Assembly (NCBI GenBank): GCA_041397675.1
Contig: JAWKWG010000012.1
Location: 2,970-66,969, forward strand
Length of the DNA: 64,000 bases
Source: Hyphomicrobiales bacterium
Lineage (GTDB): Bacteria > Pseudomonadota > Alphaproteobacteria > Rhizobiales > Methyloligellaceae
Direction: 5' to 3'
In this document: positions 21,376-32,428 of the stretch, one piece after another
How positions within the stretch are numbered: position 1 is the stretch's first letter
Layout of the letters: each line of letters starts with the position of its first letter
Notes under the pieces: model-generated
Database searches by the model: none
The model's input: only the letters and a program-made list of their open reading frames with translations
What the model was told of the DNA's origin: nothing
Position numbers and translations under genes: made by a program

Positions 21376-21630
21376 TTGAATCGGGCTCAGATGGACACGC
21401 TGCTTGAGCAATTTCCGGAACTGCGGCCGCTCTTTGAAGTGGGATTTGTCGTATCCCTCTTCATCCTGCTGTGGATGATCAAGCGTCATTTTGCCGATCC
21501 CAAGCCCGACGAAACCGGTCGCCCTGCGGGCAGACTTGGGCCGACGGGTCCTGACTTCCTGGGGCATGGCGGCGACGCCGGCGGCAGTTCGTGCGACATC
21601 GGCAGCGATTCTTGCGGTAGTGGCGACTGA
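21376..21630 (+). CDS. Small single-TM protein with Gly/Ser/Cys-rich tail
   Basis: One hydrophobic helix, then GGDAGGSSCDIGSDSCGSGD. Confidence 0.6.
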   Translation: MNRAQMDTLLEQFPELRPLFEVGFVVSLFILLWMIKRHFADPKPDETGRPAGRLGPTGPDFLGHGGDAGGSSCDIGSDSCGSGD

Positions 21631-21646
21631 TCGCCGCAAAGGACCC

Positions 21647-22474
21647 TCAGCTCACCCGTTTCCACGCTCCGATGAGGATCGGAGTTAAGCAGTAATAGCG
21701 CCCATCGGCGGCCGCTTCGGCCATGTCCGTCTTGAAGGCCTCGGCGCGTGCACGATCGGCGATCCCAAGTTCGACAGCCGACGCGAAAAGTCCTTGGTAA
21801 ACGCCGATTAGCATTGCCGCCATGTCACCGAGCGGGATGTATTTCACCTCCGCCAAGGTGCTGTTCGGCGTGCCGATGCCCGCCGCCTCGAACTGGGCGG
21901 GAAGCTGCCGGCCGGCCCGCAGATTGCGGCCATGGCCCCTGAAGACGCCTTCGAACAGGCGGTTGAATTCGGACATGGCGGGACAGAGCGGCTCGACGGC
22001 GATGGCGCCGAAATCGAACTCTTGCGCGGCCACCACGCCTCCGGGCTTGGTCCAGGAGAGCATCTTCTCAAGCGCCGCGACGGGCTCCTGCATGTGCATG
22101 AGGAAGAGCCGGCAATAGGTGAGGTCGAACGGCACCCCCGGGATGGCGTCCGCCTCCAACACATTCGCCTCGAGGACCGCGAACTCGGCGCCGCCTTGCG
22201 CCTTCAGGTCGGCCAGCGCTTGTGCCCCGAGCTTCGCATCGATCTCGAGCCCGGTGACCTTGCCGGATGGTCCGACACGGTCGGCCATCAGCCGCATCAC
22301 CGAGCCCGGTCCAGAGCCCACGTCAAGGCAGGACATTCCGGGCTTGAGGCCGACCTCGTCAAGCAGCGCCGCGGTCGCGCGCTGCCACATCTCCGCTTGA
22401 TGGCGCAGGCGCTGGTACTCGTCGTCGTCGCGCGCGTGGACGTAGCCGTCAGGGGTGGTCTCGACCTGTGCCAT
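21647..22474 (-). CDS. Class I SAM-dependent methyltransferase
   Basis: EYQRLRHQ, CLDVGSGPG, FDLTYCR, KPGG. Confidence 0.9.
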   Translation of the reverse strand: MAQVETTPDGYVHARDDDEYQRLRHQAEMWQRATAALLDEVGLKPGMSCLDVGSGPGSVMRLMADRVGPSGKVTGLEIDAKLGAQALADLKAQGGAEFAVLEANVLEADAIPGVPFDLTYCRLFLMHMQEPVAALEKMLSWTKPGGVVAAQEFDFGAIAVEPLCPAMSEFNRLFEGVFRGHGRNLRAGRQLPAQFEAAGIGTPNSTLAEVKYIPLGDMAAMLIGVYQGLFASAVELGIADRARAEAFKTDMAEAAADGRYYCLTPILIGAWKRVS

Positions 22475-22535
22475 TTGGCTCCTTGTCTCCGGCCAAGGAC
22501 GCTATACGGGAGGACTGAGGCGGAGCAAAGGACAC

Positions 22536-23128
22536 ATGAGATATTATCCGCAACAGCTCGATCCCGCGGCGCAAGCAGCTCTGCTCGGTGCGATCCGCGA
22601 GATCATCGCCGAAGCGCCGCTCTATACTCCGACCATGCCCCGCTCCGGCAACCCCATGTCGGTGCGCATGACCAATGCCGGGCTGCTCGGCTGGATGACC
22701 GACAAGGAGCGCGGCTACCGCTATCAGGCAACCCACCCCGAAACGCAAAAGTCCTGGCCTGCGATCCCGAAGATGTTGCTCGATCTGTGGGGGGCGCTCG
22801 CGGACTATCCGCACCCGCCGGAAGCCTGCCTGATCAACTACTATAAAGGCGCCGCCAAGATGGGGCTCCATCAAGATAGAGACGAGGAAGACTTCGCCGC
22901 GCCGGTGCTATCGGTGTCGCTTGGCGATACCGGCATCTTCCGCGTTGGCGGCACGTCGCGCAAAGATCCCACGCAGAAGTTCGAGCTGAAGTCGGGCGAT
23001 GTGTTCGTGCTCGATGGCGCGGACCGTCTCGCCTTTCACGGCATCGACCGCATCCTGCCCGGCACGTCGGAGTTGTTGCCGGAAGGCGGCCGCTTCAACC
23101 TAACCTCCGTCGCGTGACCAAGCCTTGA
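22536..23128 (+). CDS. alkB: AlkB family 2OG-Fe(II) dioxygenase (probable 1-nt error in the last codons)
   Basis: MSVRMTN, CLINYY, MGLHQD, FHGID, RFNLT..RR. Confidence 0.9.
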
Positions 23129-23138
23129 CTCTGAATCG

Positions 23139-23799
23139 CTAGTCGCCGCCGGTGGGAATGTCGTCGTTGGCTGGTTTGCCGGAATCGCCGAAGCCGTTGC
23201 CGCCCTGGTCTGCCTTCGCTTGTGGCGCAGGCTTGGGCCTGCCCTTCGACACGGCAACGAGCGCGGGCCGCAGCACGCGATCGCCGATCGTGTAGCCGGC
23301 TTGCATGACTTCGACCACGGCGCCTTCGGTACCCGGTGGTCGGCACCTCATACATCGCCTGCCGAGAGTTCGGATCAAAACGCTGGCCGAGCGGCTCGAG
23401 CTTGGTCACGCCATGGCGTTCAAGCATGTTACAGTAACTCGCGCTCGGTGAGCCTCGACGCCTTCGAGGAAGCTCTTGAGCGCAAGGGCTCCAGCCGCGG
23501 CCTCGGCCGGCACGTGCTCGATCGCGCGCCGCAAATTGTCGCCGATAGTCAGAACGTCGCGGGCGAAGTTGGAGATGGCATAGCGCGACGTGTCCTGCTT
23601 TTCGCGCTCGGTGCGGCGGCGCAGGTTCTCCGTCCGCCATGGTGCGCAACACATCGCGCATGTCGGCGTTCTCGGCGAGCAGGCTCTCGAGGTCGGCGGC
23701 GAGCTCGACATCCTCGCTCGCTTCAGATTTGGCCTTCGCGGTGTCAGGTTTCGCCTGATCCTCGTTGGCCTCACGTGGATCATTCTTGTCGTCGGGCAT
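23139..23799 (-). CDS. grpE: Nucleotide exchange factor GrpE, frameshifted
   Basis: [49 protein letters not shown] across frames. Confidence 0.93.
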
Positions 23800-23838
23800 G
23801 GGGCCTCGGCGATGTGTTTCACTTGGGAGCAGACCGGG

Positions 23839-23867
23839 ATATCGACCGAAAGCGGCCAAAAATCAAG
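23839..23867 (-). promoter_or_regulatory. RpoH-type promoter of grpE overlapping the hrcA stop
   Basis: CTTG-N18-TCGATAT. Confidence 0.55.
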
Positions 23868-24943
23868 GGACGAGGCGACCCAACAGCCTTGCCGTGTAGT
23901 CAACTATAGGGATGATGCGCGCGTAATTCAGCCGCGTCGGGGCCGATCACCCCCAGAACCCCGGGCTTCGCTATCCTCGAACGGCGACATCGATCAACGC
24001 CGAGCCCGACAGCGAGAACAGCTTGCTCCCGGAGCCGATAAAATGCGCACGCCTCCGCCCGCTCGGCGAGGCCGGAGCAGCCGGATCAGCTCCTTTTGGT
24101 GTCGAGGTCCTCGAACAAGAGGCGTACGCGCTCCAGATCCTCCATCGCTCTGACGTCTTCGAGGAGATGCGCGCGACCACACACGATCAGGTTCTGGCGG
24201 ACGCCCGTCGCTGTCGCCTCGACCAGGTGGCCAGCCCTTCGGTCACCACTCCTGGCGGTCAGCTCTCCATCGAGAAGCTGAGCGCGCCGCTCGATCTCGC
24301 GCTCGATGCGGCTGCGTGCCTGTTCGAGCGTGAGCCCGCCGATCCGCGCGCTGATATAGTTTGACGCTTCGTTCAACGACGAGAACGGCAGCCTCTGGGA
24401 TCGCGACGATCCGGTTCTCCACGTCGCCGTCCTCGCCGACCAGCACCGCGAGCGCCTTGCCTTGACCGAGATTGACGAACTCGACTTGGCGCAGCGTCTT
24501 GCTCTGCTTGTCGACCAGCACAACACCGGCGCAACGCGACAAGCCTGACAGCATCTCTCCGGCTTCGGCGAAGAAGCTCACTGCGCGGCGGCGCCCCGCC
24601 CATCGCCATGCGGCTTTCGATTTGGCTGCGCTCGGCCTCCGAGATGTCGCCGATCTCGAGCAAGCCATCGACAAAGAGACGCAAGCCTGTCTGCGTCGGT
24701 AGCCGGCGCTGGTATGCGGCGCGTAGATCAGTCCCAGGCTTTCCGAGGTCCGACATCGCCAGGCACCGAGGCCGGCGACAACGTCATCGGCAAGGCGCGG
24801 CTCAAGTTGCGCGAACCGACCGGCTCGCCGGTCTCGAGATAAGTCTCGACGATGCGTTTGAAGATCTCGCGCGAACGCTCGTTGAGTTGGCGCAGGCCGA
24901 CCGCGGTACGCCGCGATACGCTCCTGACGTCAGGATGGCCCAT
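23863..24943 (-). CDS. hrcA: Heat-inducible transcription repressor HrcA, frameshifted
   Basis: [58 protein letters not shown]. Confidence 0.93.
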
Positions 24944-24952
24944 GATGGGAAA

Positions 24953-24980
24953 ATCTAGGAGGCGCCCGGACCCCGTCAAA
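24953..24980 (-). promoter_or_regulatory. Heat-shock-like promoter of hrcA
   Basis: TTTG-N17-CCTAGAT ending 9 nt before the ATG. Confidence 0.5.
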
Positions 24981-25001
24981 CGTCGCGGAGGCTTAGCTTA
25001 G

Positions 25002-25985
25002 TTAGCCGAAATCCGGCGCGATCGACGAGGCGAACCTGTCCGGCGCGCCGAAATGCGCGAAGTAGCGCGACTTGATCTGCTCAACCGGCAGAATGATGAG
25101 GACGTCCGTGGTGCCGAACTGATGATCGATCACCGCGCCATCGCCGATATAGGCGCCGAGCCGCAGATAGCCTTTGATCAAAGGCGGCATGGCCTTCAGC
25201 GCCCCGCGCAGGTTCACCTTGTCCGCCGGCATCATATTCATGTCGACGCGCAGATGCTCATGCGCCCGGACCCGCCACTCCTCGGGGGCGAGCGCGGTGT
25301 GGTGCAAGAAGCTCAGCGGCAGCGCGTGCTCCTCAGGGTCGACACCGGGGAAGCTCGCACATCCGATCATCACATCAACGCCGTGCTGGCGCACATACGA
25401 CCAGATGCCGTGCCATAGAAGCTCGACGGTACGCCGATTGCGGTAAGGCTTCAGCACGCAGGAACGGCCAAGCTCCATGAAGCTGTAGTCGGGCTTCGAT
25501 TGAATGAGCGGGGCGATGTTGTATTCGCCTTGCGTGTAGAAGCCGTCATTCTCGTCGGCCACGTCCTGTCGCAGCACGCGGTACGTGCCGACCACTTGCG
25601 AACGGCGCCAACCCTTCTTGCCGGGATCGCCGCGGTCGATGACCAGCAGATGATCGAAGATTGGGTCGTAAACGTCCTCGTCGCGCCGCGACAGTATAGC
25701 GAGCGCGCCGGGCGTTGCCGACATCTCTTCGTAGAAGACTTTGTAACGTAGCCGCTGGGCGCGCCTGATCTCGCTCTTCTTGCGGGCGAGCCGCACTTCG
25801 AGCTGGCCGATCTGGCCATAGACCTTGGGCGGCTGGAACCGACCGCGAAGGGGCCCGGGCGTATGGCGCCGGCGCCCCATGAACGGCAGCCCGCCGCCTT
25901 GGCCCGGCCTAAACGTCAGTCCTGGAAACATGGCCCCACCGCGCAGTCGACCCGACCGGCGTCCTAGCATTGGCTTCATCGGCAT
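25002..25985 (-). CDS. olsB: OlsB-like ornithine N-acyltransferase (GNAT, Acetyltransf_5)
   Basis: AQRLRYKVFYEEM, DHLLV, VGTYR, ELGRSCV, GCASF, PPLIKGYLRLGA, DHQFGTTD; exact start uncertain. Confidence 0.85.
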   Translation of the reverse strand: MPMKPMLGRRSGRLRGGAMFPGLTFRPGQGGGLPFMGRRRHTPGPLRGRFQPPKVYGQIGQLEVRLARKKSEIRRAQRLRYKVFYEEMSATPGALAILSRRDEDVYDPIFDHLLVIDRGDPGKKGWRRSQVVGTYRVLRQDVADENDGFYTQGEYNIAPLIQSKPDYSFMELGRSCVLKPYRNRRTVELLWHGIWSYVRQHGVDVMIGCASFPGVDPEEHALPLSFLHHTALAPEEWRVRAHEHLRVDMNMMPADKVNLRGALKAMPPLIKGYLRLGAYIGDGAVIDHQFGTTDVLIILPVEQIKSRYFAHFGAPDRFASSIAPDFG

Positions 25986-26157
25986 ACGTCAGCCCTAAAG
26001 CAATTTCGGGGAACGCGCCACGGGATGCCGCAGGTGCTTACGCCACATCCACCCACAGACCCCGATTCGGCCACAACGAAAGCCGGTTAGCAAACCAATT
26101 CGAAGCCAATGTGACAGTCTGGGGATTGTCGGATTGGGCGCTGATTTCGCGCTGAAA

Positions 26158-28461
26158 TCAGGCCGCGCCGGCGCCGGCCTGATCTTGCCCTTGCGCGGCT
26201 CCGCCATGCCAGCGCTCGAGCAAGGTCGCGAGGTCCTGCTTGTCGAAGGGCTTGGCGAGGTAGTCGTCGAGACCGGCGGCGAGATACGCCGCTCGGTCCT
26301 CGGCAAAGGCGTTGGCGGTCAGCGCGAAGATTGGCGGGCGGCCTGCGCCCGGGCGCGCGTCGTCAGGATAAAGCGCGCGGATGCCTCGCGCCGCCTCGAC
26401 GCCGTCCATGTCGGGCATGTGGATGTCCATGAGGACGAGATCGAAGCCGTGTCCGTCGCTCCGTTCGCGCGACGCTTTGGCGATAGCCTCGGCGCCGTCG
26501 CGGGCGCGCACGACGCGAGCGCCTGACTTTTCGAGCACGGTGGAGGCAAGAAGCGCGTTGATGTCGTTGTCTTCAGCGAGGAGCACCGAGAGTCCGTTGG
26601 CCGGAGGTACTGCCCCCGACGAGGCCTCGGGCATCGCACCAGTGACGCCGCGCGCAGGCGCCTCCGTTCCGTGGCTGAACAGCTGAGTCAGCGCCGAGAG
26701 CGGCCGCACGGGACGCACCAGATAGCCATTGAATCCTTCGGCGCGAAAATCCGGAATGTCGCTACGCTCGTTCGGATCGATGATCACCACGGTTCGGGGC
26801 GTGCTGCCCGTGCTGGCGCAAAGGAGCGGTAGCAGGCGGTTGGCGCCGGCCACGACATTGGCCTTGTCCGTCAGAAGCGCGGTGAACGGCGTACCTTTCG
26901 CCGTGGCGCTGGACATCACACGCCCGGCGTCCTTCGCCTTGACCCGCGCGACGCTTGCGCCCATGGCGACGAGGAGATCGCCCACGAGCGCCGCCTCGAT
27001 CGGCCCTTCGAGCATGATCAGCACGCGTTCGCCGCTTATAGGCCGCGGCCACGCGGCGCCGACGGTCGAAACTTGCGGCGGCGTATCAAATGGCAAATCC
27101 ACGGTGAAGGTGGCGCCCGCGCCCGGCACGCTCGTCACAGTAATGCGCCCGTCCATCTCGTCGATGAGCCGCTTCGAGATGGCGAGCCCGAGCCCAGTGC
27201 CGCCGTGCCGCCGCGTCGGCCCCTGATCGGCCTGCTCGAACTCGGAGAAGATGCGTTCAAGCTCCGAGGACGGCACGCCGGGTCCGGTGTCGCGCACCGC
27301 AAAACGAAGCATCACGCCGTCCTTCTTCGCCTCGTCTGGCGCAAGGCCGAGCGTCAGCGCCACGCCGCCATGATCAGTGAACTTGATGGCGTTGCCCATC
27401 AGGTTCATCAGGATCTGCCGGATGCGCATCTCGTCGCCGATCACCGTCTTCGGCAGATCGGGCGCGGCGTACCAGCCGATCTCCAACCCCTTGTCGCGCC
27501 CACGCGTCGCGAGCAGCTCGACCACACCTTGCGCAGCATCAGCGATGTCAAACGGCGCCACGCGCAGCTCGATCTTACCCGCCTCGATCTTGGAGAAGTC
27601 GAGCACCTCGTCGATCAGCGACAACAGCGTCGTCGCCGATGTCGAGATGGCGCGTGCATATGTGCGTTGTTCGGGCGATAGCTCCGTGTCGAGCAAGAGC
27701 CCGGTCATGCCGAGAATGCCGTTCATCGGCGTTCTGATCTCGTGGCTCATGGAGGCGAGGAAGCGCGACTTGGCGTGGCTTGCGGTCATCGCCTGATCGC
27801 GCGCCTCGGCAAGCGCAAGCTCGGCAGCGCGTTGCTCGGTGATGTCGCGGCCCACGCTTTGGATCTCCGACGCGCCACCTTCCGGATGCGCGACGATGAA
27901 ATCCTCCCATACGAACCAGCGCGGGCCCGATGCCGTGGAGAGCTCGACGACGCGGCTTTGCCGTGCGTCATCGTCCTTGGCATGTGCCGTGGAGTCTTCG
28001 CCGTCGCTGAGGACCGGCAAATGAAACACTTGGCCGAGCGCTGCCTCGCGCTCCATGCCGAATGTCCGGCAGAACGCATCGTTGACGAACGAAAGCCGGT
28101 CGTTGGCGTCGCGGCGCACGATGACGTCGCCCTGGTGATCGAGAAGATCCCGGTAACGCGTCTCGCGCTCGCGCACCTCCCATTGCAGGTCCTTGAGGGA
28201 TTCGAGGCTTGCGTCGAGCCGATCCGTCACTTCGGCAAGTCGCGCATTGCCTTCGTCGGATTTGCGGTTGGCGACGATCGCAAGCAGCGCCACGCCTAGG
28301 ATGAGCGGCGACAGGACGAGCGTCGTCGTGGGGCCGAGCAGAGCGACGGACAGCGCGACCAGACTGGTGGCGAAGAATGCAAGCGCGACGCGCATGCCGA
28401 TCCGCCCCGAGCGGTCGGTGCCGAAGCTCCGCCTGAAGGTATGCTGCACTGCCGACGCCAT
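26158..28461 (-). CDS. Membrane-anchored PAS hybrid histidine kinase with two receiver-like domains
   Basis: 2 TM, PAS (GRDIT), SHEIRTPMNGILG, NAIKFT, GGTGLGL, VLLAEDN..MDIHMP..KP. Confidence 0.92.
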   Translation of the reverse strand: MASAVQHTFRRSFGTDRSGRIGMRVALAFFATSLVALSVALLGPTTTLVLSPLILGVALLAIVANRKSDEGNARLAEVTDRLDASLESLKDLQWEVRERETRYRDLLDHQGDVIVRRDANDRLSFVNDAFCRTFGMEREAALGQVFHLPVLSDGEDSTAHAKDDDARQSRVVELSTASGPRWFVWEDFIVAHPEGGASEIQSVGRDITEQRAAELALAEARDQAMTASHAKSRFLASMSHEIRTPMNGILGMTGLLLDTELSPEQRTYARAISTSATTLLSLIDEVLDFSKIEAGKIELRVAPFDIADAAQGVVELLATRGRDKGLEIGWYAAPDLPKTVIGDEMRIRQILMNLMGNAIKFTDHGGVALTLGLAPDEAKKDGVMLRFAVRDTGPGVPSSELERIFSEFEQADQGPTRRHGGTGLGLAISKRLIDEMDGRITVTSVPGAGATFTVDLPFDTPPQVSTVGAAWPRPISGERVLIMLEGPIEAALVGDLLVAMGASVARVKAKDAGRVMSSATAKGTPFTALLTDKANVVAGANRLLPLLCASTGSTPRTVVIIDPNERSDIPDFRAEGFNGYLVRPVRPLSALTQLFSHGTEAPARGVTGAMPEASSGAVPPANGLSVLLAEDNDINALLASTVLEKSGARVVRARDGAEAIAKASRERSDGHGFDLVLMDIHMPDMDGVEAARGIRALYPDDARPGAGRPPIFALTANAFAEDRAAYLAAGLDDYLAKPFDKQDLATLLERWHGGAAQGQDQAGAGAA

Positions 28462-28544
28462 GGTTATTGCCGGGCGTACCCGGGGGTTTCCTTGAGCGCA
28501 AAAGAACCAAAGAAAGCTTGAAAAAGGCTTTAGCTGCAGGGTTT

Positions 28545-30052
28545 TCAGGCGGCGGCCTGGGCCCGGCGCAAGGTCTCGCCGCGGTAGCTCAGGGCCTCGG
28601 CGACATGGATCCGGGCCACTTTTTCCTCGCCGTCGAGGTCGGCCAAGGTGCGCGCCACCCGCAGCGTCCGGTGAGTAGCCCGCGCATAGAGAGAGCGCGT
28701 CGGCGGCATCCCGTAGCAGCCTCAAGCCGTCGGCCGCCGGTGCCGCCACTTGTTCCAGCAGCGCGCCGTCGCACTCGGCGTTGGTGCGCACATGCGCGAG
28801 CCCGGTACGGCGTAGCGCGCAGTTTGAACTTGCCGCGCGGTGGTGACCCGCGCCCGCGCCTCGGCCTTCGGAGCTTGCGGCAATACGAGATCGGCGGCTG
28901 ACACCGCCGGCACTTCGATCTGGAGATCGATGCGATCGAGCATCGGCCCCGGATGCGCGCCTGATAGCGCTCGGCACGCTTCTCTGCCCTGGCGGCACAC
29001 ATAGCCCGGTTCGCCCGCGTGCCTGGCGGCGAGTTCATGGCGGCGATCAACTGAACGCGCGACGGATAAGCAATGCGGTGGTTGGCGCGAGCAATCACCG
29101 TCGCCGGCCTCGAGCGGTTGGCGCAACGCATCGAGCACTTGCGGATTGAACTCCGGCAGCTCATCGAGAAAGAGCACACCAAGATGCGCCAGCGCCGCTT
29201 CGCCGGGACGCGGCCGCGTGCCGCCACCGACCAGCGCCGCCATGCTTGCCGAATGATGCGGCGCGCGGAACGGCCGATTGCGGCTAATGCGGCCGCCAGC
29301 TGGAATCCCGGCAAGGCTCCGGATCATGCTCACTTCCAGCATCTCCGCCGGTTCGAGGGGCGGCAGGATTGAGGCACACGCCGCGCCAACATCGACTTGC
29401 CTGCGCCAGGCGGCCCGATCATCCAGAAGGTGATGGCCGCCGGCGGCATGACTTCGAGCGTACGCTTCGCCGTCTCTGACCTTTGATGTCAGCGCAAGTC
29501 CGGCATCGCTTCGTCGCCGGGATCCGGCGTGGCCTCTGGAGCGCCGCAACGTTTGCAGACCTTTGAAGTGGTTGATCAGCTGGGCAGGTCGCCCGGCGCG
29601 AGGATCTGCATGGCCGCGGCCCACTGCCGCCTCGGCCCCGCATGCGCCCGGACAGATCAAGCCTTTGCCAGGCGTTGGCTCCGATCGCCGCCGGCAGCGC
29701 CGGCGACCCCGGCAATCGATCCGTCGAGCGCGAGCTCGCCTTGCAGTAGCTGTCGATCGCGTCGCGCGCGACGGCGCCGGTCGCGGCCATCACGCCAAGC
29801 GCGATGGGGAGGTCAAGAGTGGCTTGCCTTCCTTGGGGAGATCGGCCGGCGCGAGATTGATGGTGATGCGTTTTGGCGGCAGCGCGACCCAATAACGTTC
29901 AGCGCGCCGCGCACCCGTTCGCGGCTTTCGGCCTGCCTTGTCAGGAGGCCGACAATGGTGAAGGCGGGCATGCCAGGGCCGATTTGCACTTGGACGTCGA
30001 CACCGCGGGCCTCGATCCCTTCGAAAGCGACCGTGGTGACGCGCGCGAACAT
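28545..30052 (-). CDS. comM: YifB/ComM Mg-chelatase-like AAA+ helicase, heavily frameshifted
   Basis: MFARVTTVAFEG, ESRERVR, DLPIALG, PFRAPHHSAS, LFLDELPEF, LRQPLE, LDRIDL, AEALSYR. Confidence 0.9.
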
Positions 30053-30109
30053 GCTCAACCCCCGATTTCAGCCAGCGTCTACTCTAGCCAAAGTTGGGGT
30101 CAGGAGCAA

Positions 30110-30124
30110 GAACAATAAGAGAAC
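30110..30124. promoter_or_regulatory. Alphaproteobacterial LexA (SOS) box upstream of comM
   Basis: Exact GAAC-N7-GAAC (GTTC-N7-GTTC on the coding strand) about 58 nt upstream of the comM ATG. Confidence 0.8.
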
Positions 30125-30126
30125 AT

Positions 30127-30508
30127 CTAAGCCCAAAGAAAAGCCGCCGCGCATCCGAAGATCACGGCGAAACAGGACATTGACATCGAGGACCCGAAAT
30201 GCATGAGCCAGTGCGGCGGCTCGCGATAGCGCGGCACGGTGCGCATCAGGAATCAGGCCACCGTAGAAAATCCAGCCGAGCATGAGGCCGAGCGCGAACA
30301 GGACATGGGGACCTTTCTCGCCTTCGGGCGCCATGAAGGTGAGCAGGAACCAGATGCCGATCCCACGTAAGGACGTAGAGGCAGCCGCAAGCCATAGGGT
30401 CTTGATGAAGCCCGGGCGGTCGTCGTGCCATTGCTGCATGACCGCTGGCACGTTGGCGATCAGCACGGCAATGACGACAACCAACATCCCTAGGCTTTGC
30501 ATGGCCAT
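30127..30508 (-). CDS. Hypothetical membrane protein, frameshifted
   Basis: About 4 hydrophobic segments across frames; GAAGG RBS; end approximate. Confidence 0.55.
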
Positions 30509-30570
30509 GCCTTCGTCGCTGACGGAAGCGCTATTGTTCAGCCTAAGCCGATAGTGAAGGGAATAGCCAT

Positions 30571-31073
30571 ATGTTGGAAGACCCGCGGGCACGCCTGTTC
30601 ATCCATGTCGCGGCCTATCTTGTCGTCGTCGCCATCTGCGCGGGCGTCAATCTATGGTTTGCGCCTGGCAAGCTCTGGTTCGTCTGGGTCGCGCTCGGTT
30701 GGGGCATCGGCGTCGCCGCATGCGCTTGCGTTCGTCCTGCGCCGCTCGGGGCGCTATGAGCACATCTTCGCCGTCGCAGAGCGCGCGGCTTCACCGTGCA
30801 TCTGTTCGCGTATGTGGCGGTGGTCGTCCTGCTGTTCGTGGTCAACCTGACCGTGACGCCGGGTAGATGGTGGTTCTGTTAGGTAGCGCTCGGCTGGGGC
30901 GCCGGCATCATCGCCCATGCTGGCTCGTGTTCGGCAGGGACCATTCCGACGAGGACATGCCGCAGAGAATGGCATCAGCGACGCCAACGCCGAAGAAACG
31001 GACCTCGACGTCAAAGAAGCGGACAGCACCGAAGAAGACAACTCCCCGCAAGCGCCCGAAGGCGAAGGCCTAG
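30571..31073 (+). CDS. Tandem 2TM-domain protein with Lys-rich tail, frameshifted
   Basis: Two copies of F.(I/V)H..AY..V....N......W..W...GWG.G...H; tail [26 protein letters not shown]. Confidence 0.7.
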
Positions 31074-32006
31074 CGCGCGGCGGCCTTCTTTTCGATCACG
31101 TCCCAGATCGTGGCGGCGATATCAGGCCCGCCGAATTCCGCCACGTGGCGGATGCCGGTCGGCGAGGTGACGTTGATCTCGGTGAGGTGATCGCCGATCA
31201 CGTCGATGCCGGCGAAGATCGGCCCGCTTCTTGAGCTCGGGTCCGAGTCGAGCGCAGGATCTCCTTGTCGCGCTTGGTCAAGGTGGTGGCTTGCGCCGTG
31301 CGCCCCATGCAGGTTCGAGCGCCTCTTCGGCCGACGGGATGCGATTGATGGCGCCCGCCACCTCGCCATCGACCAAAATGATGCGCTTGTCGCCTTTGCG
31401 CACCTCTGGGAGATAGCGCTGCACCATGATCGGCTCGCGGAACGTCTGCCCGAGCAACTCGATCAGCGAATTGAGATTGGTGTCGCCCTCGGCGATGCGG
31501 AAGATCGCCGCGCCGCCATTGCCATACAGCGGCTTCACAATGATGTCCTTATGCTCGTCGCGGAAGCTTTTGATCTCCTCGGGCGATCGGGTGACGAGCG
31601 TCGGCGGCATCAGATCGAGAAAGTCGAGCACGAAGACTTTCTCCGGCGCGTTCCGTACGGCTGCCGGGTCGTTGACCACGAGCGTGCCGGGCTGGAGGCG
31701 TTCAAAAGATGCGTCGTGGTGATGTACGCCATGTCGAACGGCGGGTCTTGGCGGAGAAGCACGACGTCGAACTCGGCGAGATCGACCACGCGCGGCGCCA
31801 CCGAGCCGGTAATGGTCGCCAGGCTTGTCGTCCACCGTAAGGCTGTGGCCATCCTGCTTTGCCGTCGCGCAGGGAGAGGTTGGCCGGCGTGTAGTAGAAC
31901 ACGTCGTGGCCGCGCCACTGGGCCTCGAGCAGGAGCGCGAAGGTGGGATCGCCCCTGATATCGATGCGCTCGATCGGGTCCATCTGAAAGCGACTTTGAG
32001 AGCCAT
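31070..32006 (-). CDS. gshB: Glutathione synthetase, frameshifted
   Basis: [53 protein letters not shown]. Confidence 0.93.
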
Positions 32007-32047
32007 GGGGTTGCCGCCGCTCCTCGTCTCGGCCGCGCAAGCTCGCG

Positions 32048-32428
32048 CTAAATGGGCGCCGCCGTCAAACGGGAAATGCGTTGGGAAGATGCCGCGGCAA
32101 GCTCCACGGCGCCATCAGCACCACATCGAACGCCATGTCGTGACCGGCAAAGCGGGATTGTTGGCGAGCCAGTATTGCGCGGCCCGCGCGATCCGCCGAC
32201 GCTGCTTGGCGGGTAGGGTCCAGGCAGCGTCCTCTTTTCGTCTTGCGCCGTTTCACTTCGACGAACACGAGCCGCGTGGCATGAGCGCGACAAGGTCGAT
32301 CTCGCCGACCGGCGTCTTGTAACGACGCGCCACGATTGCGCATAGCCCTTGAGGCGGAACAGCAACGCGGCGAGCGCCTCGGCCAACGCCACTGCGATAC
32401 GCCCAGCCCGCGCCGGCCGCCGTATCAA
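32048..32428 (-). CDS. yraN: YraN (UPF0102) nuclease, frameshifted
   Basis: AE..A.....[30 protein letters not shown]. Confidence 0.85.
   Translation of the reverse strand: MIRRPARAGRIAVALAEALAALLFRLKGYAQSWRVVTRRRSARSTLSRSCHAARVRRSETAQDEKRTLPGPYPPSSVGGSRGPRNTGSPTIPLCRSRHGVRCGADGAVELAAASSQRISRLTAAPI

Noticed and set aside
28462-28998. N-terminal extension of the hybrid kinase (946 aa in the track)
   Set aside because: Out-of-frame read-through of the comM 3' end; the kinase plausibly starts at 28461
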